DNA of 64,000 nucleotides from Candidatus Bilamarchaeaceae archaeon. Lineage in GTDB: Archaea; Micrarchaeota; Micrarchaeia; Anstonellales; Bilamarchaeaceae. The translations under genes and the position numbers were made by a program. The stretch spans positions 180,839 through 244,838 of the forward strand of contig JAVZJR010000001.1 in assembly GCA_038870635.1 (NCBI GenBank), read 5' to 3'. Shown piece after piece: positions 28,971 to 38,382 of the stretch (the stretch's first letter is position 1; each line of letters begins with the position of its first letter). Under the pieces are notes generated by a model. It had not been told where the DNA came from. It saw only the letters and a program-made list of their open reading frames with translations, and did no database searches.

Positions 28971-30404
28971 ATGAAAATATATAACAGCCTCACTAAAAAA
29001 TACGAAGAGTTCCGACCATTAGAAGATAAAAAAATAGTACTCTACACTTGTGGTCTTACACCATATGACCAAGCTCACATTGGACATGCGAGAACCTATG
29101 TAGCATTTGATATAATAAAACGGTATCTAATACATAAAGGCTACAGAGTTTTTCATATCCAAAACATAACTGATGTTGACGACAAGATAATAAATCGTTG
29201 TAAAGAGATAGGTTTAGAACCAAAAGAACTAACAGAAAAAAACCACGCAGAAGCTATCGCAATGTTTGACGCATTGAATATATTAAGAGCAGATGTCTAT
29301 CCAAAAGTTACTGAAAATATAAAAACAATAATAGATTTTATAAAAAAAATAATAGAGAAAGGTTATGCTTACGAAACAGAAACTGGTGTTTATTTTGACA
29401 TAAGCAAATTCAATGACTATGGCAAACTATCTGGTCAAAATCTACAGCAGATAATAGCAGGTGCAAGAAAAGAGGTTGATGAAACAAAAGAAGATGCAGC
29501 AGACTTTGCGCTATGGAAAAAAACAAAAGGTGAGATAATAGAATTTGATTCACCTTGGGGGAGAGGGCGCCCAGGTTGGCATATAGAATGTTCAGCAATT
29601 GCAATAAAATATGCAAACAGAGAAACAATAGATATACATGGAGGAGCAAGAGACCTTATATTTCCGCATCATGAAAATGAAATTGCACAAAGCGAAGCCG
29701 CAACTGGGAAGCCGTTTTCAAAGTATTGGTTGCATACGGGTTTCCTCACTGTAAATGGTGAAAAGATGAGCAAATCATTGGGAAATTTTATAACAATAAA
29801 AGACGCCTTAGAAAAGTTTCATCCTATGGCCTTTAGGATATTTTACATAAAAAGTCATTATAGAAGTCCGGTGGATTATAGCGAGGAGAGCGTCAAAGAA
29901 GCAAAAGAGATTTATGAAAGGATATGCAACGTACTACGCTTTATTGAGGATGCCCTTGTGAATAAAAAAGAGTGCGATGAAACGATAAACTTTGAAAACG
30001 CAGTAAAAAAATTCTATGACGCAATGGACAATGATTTTGACACACCACAAGCATTGGCAGCCCTATTTGAGTTCATGCATATAATAAACTTAGAACTCAC
30101 CAAAGATGCGGTCAATAAAGAAATTTTAAGAAAGGCAAAAGAAGAGCTACAAAAAATGATATGGATACTTGGAATAAGTTGCGAGAAAAAGAAAATAAAT
30201 GAGAGCGCATTAATGAAAATTGCTGAAAAATTTGGCGTAAAAGAAGAGAACGCCGAAAAAGCACTGCAAGCACTTATTCAAATTAGAGAAAAAGCACGAA
30301 AGGAGAAAAATTACTCACTCTCTGATAGCATAAGGGCGAGCCTCAAAGAAGCAGGTATAATATTAGAAGATAAAAAGGAAGGAGCAGGGTGGCGGGTGGA
30401 ATGA
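28971..30404 (+). CDS. cysS: Cysteine--tRNA ligase
   Basis: CGLTPYD..HIGH, GRPGWHIECS and KMSKS. Confidence 0.97.
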   Translation: MKIYNSLTKKYEEFRPLEDKKIVLYTCGLTPYDQAHIGHARTYVAFDIIKRYLIHKGYRVFHIQNITDVDDKIINRCKEIGLEPKELTEKNHAEAIAMFDALNILRADVYPKVTENIKTIIDFIKKIIEKGYAYETETGVYFDISKFNDYGKLSGQNLQQIIAGARKEVDETKEDAADFALWKKTKGEIIEFDSPWGRGRPGWHIECSAIAIKYANRETIDIHGGARDLIFPHHENEIAQSEAATGKPFSKYWLHTGFLTVNGEKMSKSLGNFITIKDALEKFHPMAFRIFYIKSHYRSPVDYSEESVKEAKEIYERICNVLRFIEDALVNKKECDETINFENAVKKFYDAMDNDFDTPQALAALFEFMHIINLELTKDAVNKEILRKAKEELQKMIWILGISCEKKKINESALMKIAEKFGVKEENAEKALQALIQIREKARKEKNYSLSDSIRASLKEAGIILEDKKEGAGWRVE

Positions 30405-30790
30405 GCTACAAGTTTCTAGAGCATACCTCTGATTTAATAGTAGAGGCTAAAGGAAAAACATTTAGGAAAGCCCTAGAAGAAGCGGCGCGGGCTATGATAA
30501 CTCAAATGGGTGCTGAAGAGGCTTCAAAAAAAGAAAAAATTAAAATAGAGTTACCTTCGCCTCAAACAAAAGAGGATGCGGTAGTGGCTACTCTAACTGA
30601 AATAATAGCGAGTTGCGATTCTGAACCTTTTACACCTGCCGAAGTAAAAATAAGTATTGGAAAAATTATAACTGTTCAATTAAGTGGTGAAAGAAAAACA
30701 CCAAAAAATATAATAAAAGCAGTAACATACCACGGACTAAAAATAGAAAGAAAAAAAGATTGGAAGATAACTGTTCTTTTTGATATTTAG
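30401..30790 (+). CDS. Archease
   Basis: YKFLEHTSD, IKAVTYH and C-terminal FDI. Confidence 0.92.
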   Translation: MSYKFLEHTSDLIVEAKGKTFRKALEEAARAMITQMGAEEASKKEKIKIELPSPQTKEDAVVATLTEIIASCDSEPFTPAEVKISIGKIITVQLSGERKTPKNIIKAVTYHGLKIERKKDWKITVLFDI

Positions 30791-31011
30791 AAGGCGCCGT
30801 TCAATCTCATAAGTATGAGAAAAGCAATTACTACCAAAAATAGTATTAATAACGCTATAGCAAATACCGCTTTTATTAATTTTTTTAAAAGTACGATAGC
30901 AGCAACTAAAAAAAGCAAAATTAGAAAAATCAATACCCAATCTATCTGCATAAAAAATTTTTGTAGGTTTCATTTAAAAATATAAGCTGTTAGATAAGTT
31001 TAGGCGGTATT

Positions 31012-31806
31012 ATGTCTATGCTTGAAGAGATATTGGCAAGACTAGAAATAAGAGAAACAAATTCGCTTTATGACCACGAACAGGTAATAACAAAAAGTCT
31101 AATAAAACTTAAAGAAGGAATGCTAAACATAGGTCAGCTAGTCGATCCACTTATAATAGATAAAAAAACAGGGGTTGTCCTTGACGGCAACCATCGTTTG
31201 AATGTTCTCAAAATAATAGAATGTCCGTTAGCAGCTTGTCAGGTTGTAGATTATGAAAGCAGCGAGATTAAAGTTGGAACGTGGTACCCAACTCTTAAAA
31301 TAAACATAGAAGAATTACAAAAACTTGATTCTGTAAGATTTGAAAAAGTAGATGAAAAAACAGGAAAAGAAGCAGTAGATAACCTGCGGGCTCCCCTTTT
31401 CGCAATGCTCCCGAAAGGTGAAGGTTTGCTTCTCAATCCAGGCAAATATAAAATAAAAGAAATGGTTGAAGAACAAAGATACTTACTTGGTCTTCTTGAT
31501 ACAAAACAACCTAGCTATCTTCCGCTAGAAGAACTAAACCAAAGAAAAAACGCAGGGTATACTATTTTTTATAGAAGATCATATACAAAAGAAGAAATAA
31601 TAAAATTTGCATTAGAACATTCCCCTCTGCCCCCAAAATCAACACGACACCTAATACCTTGGCGGATAATTAGGCTTAATATGAAACTTGGGTGGTTGAA
31701 TAGTGATAAGCAAACTGCTTGGAACGAAATGAAAAGTATGTTAGAGAAACGTGCATATAATTGGAATGTTAGAAAGTATTATGAACCTGTGATAGTAATT
31801 TATTGA
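31012..31806 (+). CDS. serK: SerK-like (ParB-fold) free-serine kinase
   Basis: HEQV, LDGNHR, VVDY...IKVGTWYP and TKEEI...PKSTRH match recalled Thermococcales SerK motifs. Confidence 0.7.
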   Translation: MSMLEEILARLEIRETNSLYDHEQVITKSLIKLKEGMLNIGQLVDPLIIDKKTGVVLDGNHRLNVLKIIECPLAACQVVDYESSEIKVGTWYPTLKINIEELQKLDSVRFEKVDEKTGKEAVDNLRAPLFAMLPKGEGLLLNPGKYKIKEMVEEQRYLLGLLDTKQPSYLPLEELNQRKNAGYTIFYRRSYTKEEIIKFALEHSPLPPKSTRHLIPWRIIRLNMKLGWLNSDKQTAWNEMKSMLEKRAYNWNVRKYYEPVIVIY

Positions 31807-31815
31807 GGTGAAAAA

Positions 31816-32886
31816 ATGATTTTATTAGCACCTGGACCAGTACCCGTCCTAGAAAATATAAGGATGGCGCAAACAAAAGAAATGATAACACACAGAAGCA
31901 AAGACTTTAGTGCTCTATACGAAGATTTATGTACGCGGTTAAAGAATTATCTAAACGCTGAAGAAGCCTATGTTATAACGGGCTCTGGAGCTCTTGGATT
32001 GGAAACTCTTGTTTTGAATCTATGCAAAAAAGATGAGAATGCAGTGTGTTTTCCAAATGGTGAATTTGGCGAGAAGTGTGCAGAAACAGTAAGCATATAT
32101 ACCAATGTAAAAATACACAAACATGAAGGACCAAAAGGCTGGAATCTTGAAAGAGCAAAAGCTGCGATAGACGAAAGCAATGCTCAAGTACTTGCAATGG
32201 TCTATAATGAAACTGGATATGGTGTTCGTAATCACATAAAAGAAATATGTAAATATGCAAAATCAAAAGGTATGCTTACAATAATAGATGGGATATCTGC
32301 TTGGCCAGGCACAGAAATGGATATGAAAGAGTTTTGTGTTGATGGGTTTGTAACTGGAAGTCAAAAAGGTATTGCCGCGCCCCCAGGAATGGCATTAATA
32401 GGTTTAAGTAAAGATGCTGTGGAGAGGTTTACGAGTAGAAGTGATATACCTAGTTATTATTGCAATCTGCAGAGACATAGAAAAAGATACCTGAAAGACA
32501 AACAAACACCAAACACGCCGGCAATATCTTTGTTTTGGGCGTTGCAAGAAGCGTTTAATGTACTTGATAAAAATGGCGGTGTACTGGCTGCTATCCAAAG
32601 ACATGAGAAAGCAGCAATGCATGTAAGAAAAAGATTAACAGAGATTGGATTTCCTCTCGTTGCTGAAGAAGGATTTGAATCAAATACAGTAACAGGATTT
32701 GTATGCAAAGACGCAATAGAAGCCAAAACAATAAAGGAAAGATTAGAAAAAGAATACGGAATAAAGATAGTAGGATGCAGGGGAGTATATATCGAAACAG
32801 GACTTCGCATAGCCCATATGGGTAATTTTAAGACTGAATGGCTTGATGCTTGTTTGGATGCAATCGAGAAGATAAAGGGTAAATAA
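31816..32886 (+). CDS. Class V PLP aminotransferase (serine-pyruvate / phosphoserine aminotransferase-like)
   Basis: PGP, NETG, GSQKG..APPG, TPNTP and LRIAHMG. Confidence 0.9.
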   Translation: MILLAPGPVPVLENIRMAQTKEMITHRSKDFSALYEDLCTRLKNYLNAEEAYVITGSGALGLETLVLNLCKKDENAVCFPNGEFGEKCAETVSIYTNVKIHKHEGPKGWNLERAKAAIDESNAQVLAMVYNETGYGVRNHIKEICKYAKSKGMLTIIDGISAWPGTEMDMKEFCVDGFVTGSQKGIAAPPGMALIGLSKDAVERFTSRSDIPSYYCNLQRHRKRYLKDKQTPNTPAISLFWALQEAFNVLDKNGGVLAAIQRHEKAAMHVRKRLTEIGFPLVAEEGFESNTVTGFVCKDAIEAKTIKERLEKEYGIKIVGCRGVYIETGLRIAHMGNFKTEWLDACLDAIEKIKGK

Positions 32887-32915
32887 TTTAAAACAGATTA
32901 ACTAAATTAAATCAA

Positions 32916-33008
32916 AGCCCCATCGTCTAGTTCGGTAAAACCGAAGACAACGGTCAAGGATACGAGGCTCTGGACCTCGGGACACCGGTTCGAATCCGGT
33001 TGGGGCTA
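32916..33008 (+). tRNA. tRNA-Gln(CUG) with a 20-nt D-loop intron at 15/16 (32931-32950)
   Basis: A1-U72 acceptor; CGAGG-CT-CTG-GA-CCTCG anticodon arm; BHB GTCT-AG^T-TCGG..CCGA-AGAC-AA^C. Confidence 0.9.
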
Positions 33009-33015
33009 TTTAAGG

Positions 33016-33675
33016 GTGTTTAAAATGATTGTATTAAATTTGAAAACATATGATGCAGTGATAAAAAATCCACTTTATTTTGTTGACATTGCAAAAGAAG
33101 TCGTTGGTGAAAGCGGTGTACGCATACCTATTGCTGTTCCTGCACCCTATCTAAAAGAAGCTGCTGAAAGGTATTGTGATGTTTATGCGCAGCATATGGA
33201 CCACTATGAACCAGGTGCGCATACTGGAAGTATAATAGCAGAGATGCTCTCATATTTAAGAGTAAGAGGAACACTTATAAATCACTCCGAGAAGAGGGTA
33301 GCTCATAACATAATAAAAGAAGCAGTCGAAAGGGCACACCTCAATAACATAGAAACGATAGTCTGCGCTGAAAGTCCAGAAGAATCAGAAGTTTTAAGCG
33401 ATACACAACCATCGTTTATAGCAGTAGAACCGCCAGAACTAATAGGAAGCGGAATAAGTGTTTCCACTGCTAAACCAGATGTAATAATAAACACCGTTAA
33501 GAAAGTAAAGGCAAAAAATCCTCAAGTAAAGGTGCTTTGCGGTGCTGGTGTTAATAACAAAGATGATGTAAGAAAAGCGCTTGAACTTGGAGCAGAAGGG
33601 GTGCTTTTGGCTTCAGCTTATGTAAAATCCAAAAATCCAAAAGAATTTTTAGAGGAATTAGCATCTGTTTTTTAA
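33016..33675 (+). CDS. tpiA: Triosephosphate isomerase (archaeal type)
   Basis: NLKTY, GAHTG, INHSE, AVEPPELIG and CGAGV. Confidence 0.95.
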   Translation: MFKMIVLNLKTYDAVIKNPLYFVDIAKEVVGESGVRIPIAVPAPYLKEAAERYCDVYAQHMDHYEPGAHTGSIIAEMLSYLRVRGTLINHSEKRVAHNIIKEAVERAHLNNIETIVCAESPEESEVLSDTQPSFIAVEPPELIGSGISVSTAKPDVIINTVKKVKAKNPQVKVLCGAGVNNKDDVRKALELGAEGVLLASAYVKSKNPKEFLEELASVF

Positions 33676-33704
33676 AACTTATGATAAGAATTATTAATAC
33701 TTAA

Positions 33705-33776
33705 GCGACCGTAGTCTACCGGTTATGATTCGAGATTGCCAATCTCGCGGACCGGGTTCAATTCCCGGCGGTCGCA
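33705..33776 (+). tRNA. tRNA-Gly(GCC)
   Basis: GCGACCG/CGGTCGC acceptor; CGAGA-TT-GCC-AA-TCTCG anticodon arm. Confidence 0.93.
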
Positions 33777-33782
33777 TTTAAA

Positions 33783-33913
33783 GGGGTCATGGTGCAAAGA
33801 TAAAATAAATCGCACTACCAGGTAACACGGCGGGCTCCAGATCGGTCCTGCAAGCAGGACAAAAAAAGCCGTGTAGACACCCGCATATTAGGGTTCAAAT
33901 CCCTATGACCCCA
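33783..33913 (+). tRNA. tRNA-Trp(CCA) with two introns (20 nt at 15/16, 33798-33817; 38 nt at 37/38, 33841-33878)
   Basis: GGGGTCA/TGACCCC acceptor; GCGGG-CT-CCA-G/A-CCCGC anticodon arm; BHB helix GTGC/GCAC in the D arm. Confidence 0.87.
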
Positions 33914-33928
33914 TCACGCGGTGAAAAA

Positions 33929-34708
33929 ATGAAAAAAATTATTTTTATCTTAATGCTTGTTCTTTTGTTGCAATTTGGATGCACAGAGCAAAAACCACCA
34001 CATGAAAATAAAACCATGGTAGTAGAATACGGCGATGTAGTTTCAGTAAATTATATACTTACTGTTGATGGTCGTGTCATAGATACAAATATAGAAGAAG
34101 TAGCAAGAAACAACAATATCTATTCTATATATAGAGACTACAAGCCACTTAAATTTAGCGTGCTTTTAGGAGAAAACAACTTACTACCTTCGTTTGTTAA
34201 GGCAGTGGTTGACATGAAGGAAAATGAGACAAAAGAGGTAATAATAAAACCAAGAGATGGCTATGGGGAATATAACTACTCGCTTACCTACAATGTTAGT
34301 AGATATTACAACAAGAGTAAATACGAAAAGGTCCCGCGCTCTTTCTTTGAGAAAAACAATATAACAATAGAAGAAGGAAAAGGTTTCCCTACAGAAATTG
34401 GCCTAGTATTTATAGATAGCTTTGACAATGAAACTGTTACCATTAATTACTTCTTCAACAAAGGAGACAGTTTTGACTACAATGGATTCCACCAAGTAGT
34501 AGTTGAAGAAAATAATGACTCTTACTTAATAATGTATGATGTAAGAGAGAATGGCACATATAAAACTACAAGCCCAATAACAAAAGAGAAAACAATAGTG
34601 CGCGTAGTCGCATTAACTAACGAAACCATGACTATTGATGAGAATCATCCGCTTGCAGGAAAAACATTAACGTTTAACATTACAGTTGTCGGAATAGAAA
34701 AACAATAA
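33929..34708 (+). CDS. Exported FKBP-type peptidyl-prolyl isomerase (lipoprotein-like, long insert)
   Basis: LLQFGC lipobox-like signal; GD.V.VNY...DG.VIDT and IDENHPLAGKTLTF. Confidence 0.85.
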   Translation: MKKIIFILMLVLLLQFGCTEQKPPHENKTMVVEYGDVVSVNYILTVDGRVIDTNIEEVARNNNIYSIYRDYKPLKFSVLLGENNLLPSFVKAVVDMKENETKEVIIKPRDGYGEYNYSLTYNVSRYYNKSKYEKVPRSFFEKNNITIEEGKGFPTEIGLVFIDSFDNETVTINYFFNKGDSFDYNGFHQVVVEENNDSYLIMYDVRENGTYKTTSPITKEKTIVRVVALTNETMTIDENHPLAGKTLTFNITVVGIEKQ

Positions 34709-34709
34709 A

Positions 34710-36476
34710 TTATTTTTTCTTCTTTTTCTTTATTGATTCTGAAAGTTTTCTTTTCTCGTTATCTTTTTCCTCTACTATGCTGCGCAATTTCTTGCTTCTT
34801 GCTTCAGCCCTCTTTTTAACGCTGTCATAGTCAATGTCTGCTGTCTCTTTTCCAATTTTTTCAACCAGTTTTTGGCTTTGTTTTATAAGTTGGGCAATGC
34901 GTTCTTTTGCTTGCTCTATGTCTGCGTTTATTTCTTTCTCAGTTTTTATAGCATGCTCGAGTTTATCTTCGTACTTTTCTGAGAGACTCTGTAGTTCGGA
35001 AAGATATCTTTTTAAATAAGCTGCTTCAGCCGCCTGCTTAAGAGCAAGTATATCACGTTCACTTCTTTGTACATTTTCCTCTATTTCTGCTATTTTAGAA
35101 TCATAATCGTTGACATATTCCCTTATCCAAGCGGAGAGTTTGTTTAGCTCGTCAAACTCGTTCTCTATAGAGTCTAACTCTGCTCTTTTTTCAGCAGTAA
35201 TTTTTTTCATATCCTCAAGGGCAACAGATATTTCATCTTTTGTTTTCTTTGTTTCATTTAAGTAATCTTGAAGTGTTTGAAGCATGCCATTTAGTTCTTC
35301 TATCTTTTCCTTAACAGAGCCAATAGACAACTCAACTTTTTCTGCGCGCATGTTAATAGATTCTTTTATATTTTCAAGCGCATTTATTTTTTTCTCATTC
35401 TCACTTATTATTGTTTTTAGTTCTTCCATTCTATCCTTAACATCCTGTGCTGAAACCTTTAATGTAAGTGTTAAATGCTCTATTTTCTCTTTTGTGTTTT
35501 TTGCTGAATTTCTCCCTTCTTCTCCAAGTCTTTTAAGTTCATTTTTTAATCTAACTGCCGCTTCAACTTTCTCTGGTAGTTCAAGTATATTCTCACGCAA
35601 TTCTAAAAGCTTCTTTTCGTGCGCAAGCACAGCGTCTATAAAAGAGAGAAGTTCGCCTTCGCTCATCTTTTGCAAAGCACTCAGCTCTTCTTTGTAAAAG
35701 GTTTCTTTCTTTCTTTTTAATTGCTCTAATCTTGCGCGCTCTTCTTTTATTTCTTCCATATAGGCAGTGATAAGATCACGCATCTCATCATCTACAACAT
35801 TGCCTGTGGTTTTTCTTTCATCTGAAATAATAGGTTTAGACTGTTCACTCAGCTCTTCTTTTACCATAAGAGGTTCTGCGATTTCTTCTTCGCCATTTTC
35901 ATCAACCGCAAAACCACCCTCCTCGCTCTCGATTTCTTCGATAGTGTCAACTTCTTGAGCATCTTCTTCTACTTTTTTGAGAATGTTTTTCTTTATGTCA
36001 TTCTCATTATTCGGTGATTCTTTATCTACATCAGAAAGCTTTTTTTCTTCAAGTGCTCTTTTCATCTTAACGTATTCTTCCAAAAGCTCTTCTGGGGTTT
36101 TCTCATTCACATCTTCTTTTTCTTCTGTCTTAAACAAATCGTCCTCATCTGATATTTCTTCGATTTTTTTATCTAAATCGTTTTCCTCTTTCTTTAGTAG
36201 TGCTTCGTCGCTAACAGGAAGTTCCTCAGCTGATGTAGAATAATAATCGCCCCCCGCCCATATAATATAGGTACCAGTTATGCCATACTCAATTTTTACA
36301 TAACCTTCATCCTCTAAAACACGTATCCACGTCTCGAGATCATTACGGCTTTTTATACCTGCCAACCTTTGCAATTCTACAAAATTAAGTTTTTTCCTTT
36401 CTGATATTATCTTTATTAGTTTATCAACATCTGTGCTGATAAGAGCATCATCTATTTTAATTTTACCACTTTCCAT
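34710..36476 (-). CDS. Coiled-coil protein with an N-terminal winged-helix-like domain and an acidic linker
   Basis: TDVDKL...LETWIRVLEDEGYVKIEY, an E/D-rich linker, then ~350 aa of heptad pattern; no ATPase motifs. Confidence 0.75.
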   Translation of the reverse strand: MESGKIKIDDALISTDVDKLIKIISERKKLNFVELQRLAGIKSRNDLETWIRVLEDEGYVKIEYGITGTYIIWAGGDYYSTSAEELPVSDEALLKKEENDLDKKIEEISDEDDLFKTEEKEDVNEKTPEELLEEYVKMKRALEEKKLSDVDKESPNNENDIKKNILKKVEEDAQEVDTIEEIESEEGGFAVDENGEEEIAEPLMVKEELSEQSKPIISDERKTTGNVVDDEMRDLITAYMEEIKEERARLEQLKRKKETFYKEELSALQKMSEGELLSFIDAVLAHEKKLLELRENILELPEKVEAAVRLKNELKRLGEEGRNSAKNTKEKIEHLTLTLKVSAQDVKDRMEELKTIISENEKKINALENIKESINMRAEKVELSIGSVKEKIEELNGMLQTLQDYLNETKKTKDEISVALEDMKKITAEKRAELDSIENEFDELNKLSAWIREYVNDYDSKIAEIEENVQRSERDILALKQAAEAAYLKRYLSELQSLSEKYEDKLEHAIKTEKEINADIEQAKERIAQLIKQSQKLVEKIGKETADIDYDSVKKRAEARSKKLRSIVEEKDNEKRKLSESIKKKKKK

Positions 36477-36563
36477 CTATAACCACCAATAAATATTTTG
36501 TATGAAAACATTTAAAAATATAACAAAACACTGAATACCACAAAATAAAGTAAAAAAATAGAA

Positions 36564-37079
36564 TTATGCAGCAACCACGATTTTGTATTTGCCGGAAAGT
36601 TTTCTTTTTGCTCTTTCAAGTGCAGTCTTAACAACATTTACATTTTCTTTAAATGTTTTTATCTCAAAAACAACCTTATTTTTATCTATTATGGCTGCGC
36701 GATCAGTTGGTCTTCCGAAAGAGTGCCTCATTCCTTTTTGCAAACGGTCTGCACCTGCACCTGCAATCATCTTATTTTCCCGTATTATGTGGTGTGGATA
36801 AGGTTTGACAACAAAATAATAATTGCCATTTATATTTTTTTCAAGATGTTTATTGGCAGATTGCCTGGCGCTTTCTATCGCATTATCTCTTAAAACAATA
36901 TCTTTATCGCATACTAAGCGTACTACTACGTTGTAGTCGTCTTTCTTTACGCCCATTCTAAATTGATGGAGATCAGAATGAGGCATCGTTTTTATGTAGG
37001 ACTTAGTAGGATTTTTAGAAAACCTAGTCCATGGTTTCTTTTTTGGTTCCCTAATAGTGTGCGCTGGTCTCAAACCCAT
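36564..37079 (-). CDS. rpl10e: 50S ribosomal protein L10e (uL16)
   Basis: MGLRPA and YPHHIIRENKMIAGAGADRLQKGMRHSFGRP. Confidence 0.96.
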   Translation of the reverse strand: MGLRPAHTIREPKKKPWTRFSKNPTKSYIKTMPHSDLHQFRMGVKKDDYNVVVRLVCDKDIVLRDNAIESARQSANKHLEKNINGNYYFVVKPYPHHIIRENKMIAGAGADRLQKGMRHSFGRPTDRAAIIDKNKVVFEIKTFKENVNVVKTALERAKRKLSGKYKIVVAA

Positions 37080-37157
37080 ATAAATACACCTCGTGTTGGT
37101 TAACATATTTTCTAACATTGGTTTTTAAAAACTGCGCCTTATTAGTTTTGGTTGCTT

Positions 37158-37243
37158 GCCCCCATAGTCTAACCTGGATAGGACACAACCCTGCGGTAAA
37201 ATGCAGCAAGGTTGCTGTTGGGGTTCGAATCCCCATGGGGGCG
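37158..37243 (+). tRNA. tRNA-Arg(GCG) with a 12-nt intron at 37/38
   Basis: GCCCCCA/TGGGGGC acceptor; CAACC-CT-GCG-G[TAAAATGCAGCA]A-GGTTG; splice helix CTGC/GCAG. Confidence 0.9.
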
Positions 37244-37503
37244 TTTTTAGTTATTCGTTTTTAGGTATTCTTACTGTTTTCTTGGCTTCTTACTGTTTTC
37301 TCTGTATTTCTAATGTTTTCTATGTGCCGTTACTCCGGTTTTCATCGGTGCCGGCAGGGGTTTTTATGTTTTCTCCTGTTTTCTTGGCTTCTTACTGTTT
37401 TCTCTGTATTTCTAATGTTTTCTATGTGCCGTTACTCCGGTTTTCATCGGTGCCGGCAGGGGTTTTTATGTTTTCTCCTGTTTTCTTGGCTTCTTACTGT
37501 TTC
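37244..37503 (+). repeat. tRNA-linked repeat array, copy 4: two 102-bp units
   Basis: Period of 102 bp (37277, 37379); reverse complement of the units at 23.5 and 25.9 kb; begins immediately after the tRNA. Confidence 0.95.
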
Positions 37504-37529
37504 TCCTATAGATGATTAAAAAAGCTAAA

Positions 37530-38264
37530 CTACGCGTTTATATATTTTGCTATTTCATCCTTTAGAGTTTGAAGAGAAGAAGCACGAGCAACTATAGAAT
37601 CTATTTCATCTTTTTTTGGATGGTTTTCAAATTTTTTTAAATTATTAATTACGTAATTAAAATCACCAGTAAATCGAAGACAGTCCATCAAATATCTTCC
37701 TTCATCACCGATTGTTACAAGTATCATCCGAATAAGTTTCCATCTTTGGTTTTCAAGAAACTCGCATTTTTGTGCCAACTCTGCGAGTTGAGTTGCTTTT
37801 TCAGGCTCGTATTTGGTAAGCGCGTTAGCTTCTAATTTAAACACATCAGCTAAAAATTCATAAAAACCGCTAGCAAAAACTTCTTTTTTAGTTGATTTTA
37901 ACTTTTCTATTGTAAGATAACACATTTCCTTTTCTAATGAATAATCGTTTCGTCTAACTTCTGTTATAATCATTTCAAAAAGGTCTAATGCTTGAAAAAA
38001 ACTGGCGGTTTTTATAAGAGGAGGAATTGCTTCTAAATAACAATCCACTTTAGTAAGCCAAAACTGCGCTTTATCAGCAATTTTTATGTAAGTTTTTGGT
38101 GGTAGATCTTCTTTTCTTAAAAGTGAAATGTTAGAATCCTCACTATAGTGCAATAAAAGCAGATTTTTCTCAAATTTTGCAAAAAACTTTTGAAAAATTT
38201 TAGATTTGTTAACCTGTACATTTCGCGGATTATTTTTTTGGTGGGTGCATAATTCTCTGTTCAT
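37530..38264 (-). CDS. Hypothetical protein (probable start MNRELCT at 38264)
   Basis: Long ORF; the upstream extension overlaps the divergent gene and looks spurious. Confidence 0.65.
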   Translation of the reverse strand: MNRELCTHQKNNPRNVQVNKSKIFQKFFAKFEKNLLLLHYSEDSNISLLRKEDLPPKTYIKIADKAQFWLTKVDCYLEAIPPLIKTASFFQALDLFEMIITEVRRNDYSLEKEMCYLTIEKLKSTKKEVFASGFYEFLADVFKLEANALTKYEPEKATQLAELAQKCEFLENQRWKLIRMILVTIGDEGRYLMDCLRFTGDFNYVINNLKKFENHPKKDEIDSIVARASSLQTLKDEIAKYINA

Positions 38265-38382
38265 TGTATTTAGTAGTGGAGATTTATGTTTAAAAATCTT
38301 GCGGTCCCCTATGATAATATTTACTAATACAAAAAACCATAAAAAAACACATATATTTAAATATTTTGGGTAATAATATAGT

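Noticed and set aside
28186..31806. Plasmid-type ParAB partition locus
   Set aside because: No ParA present; one ParB-fold gene is SerK-like and both sit among housekeeping genes
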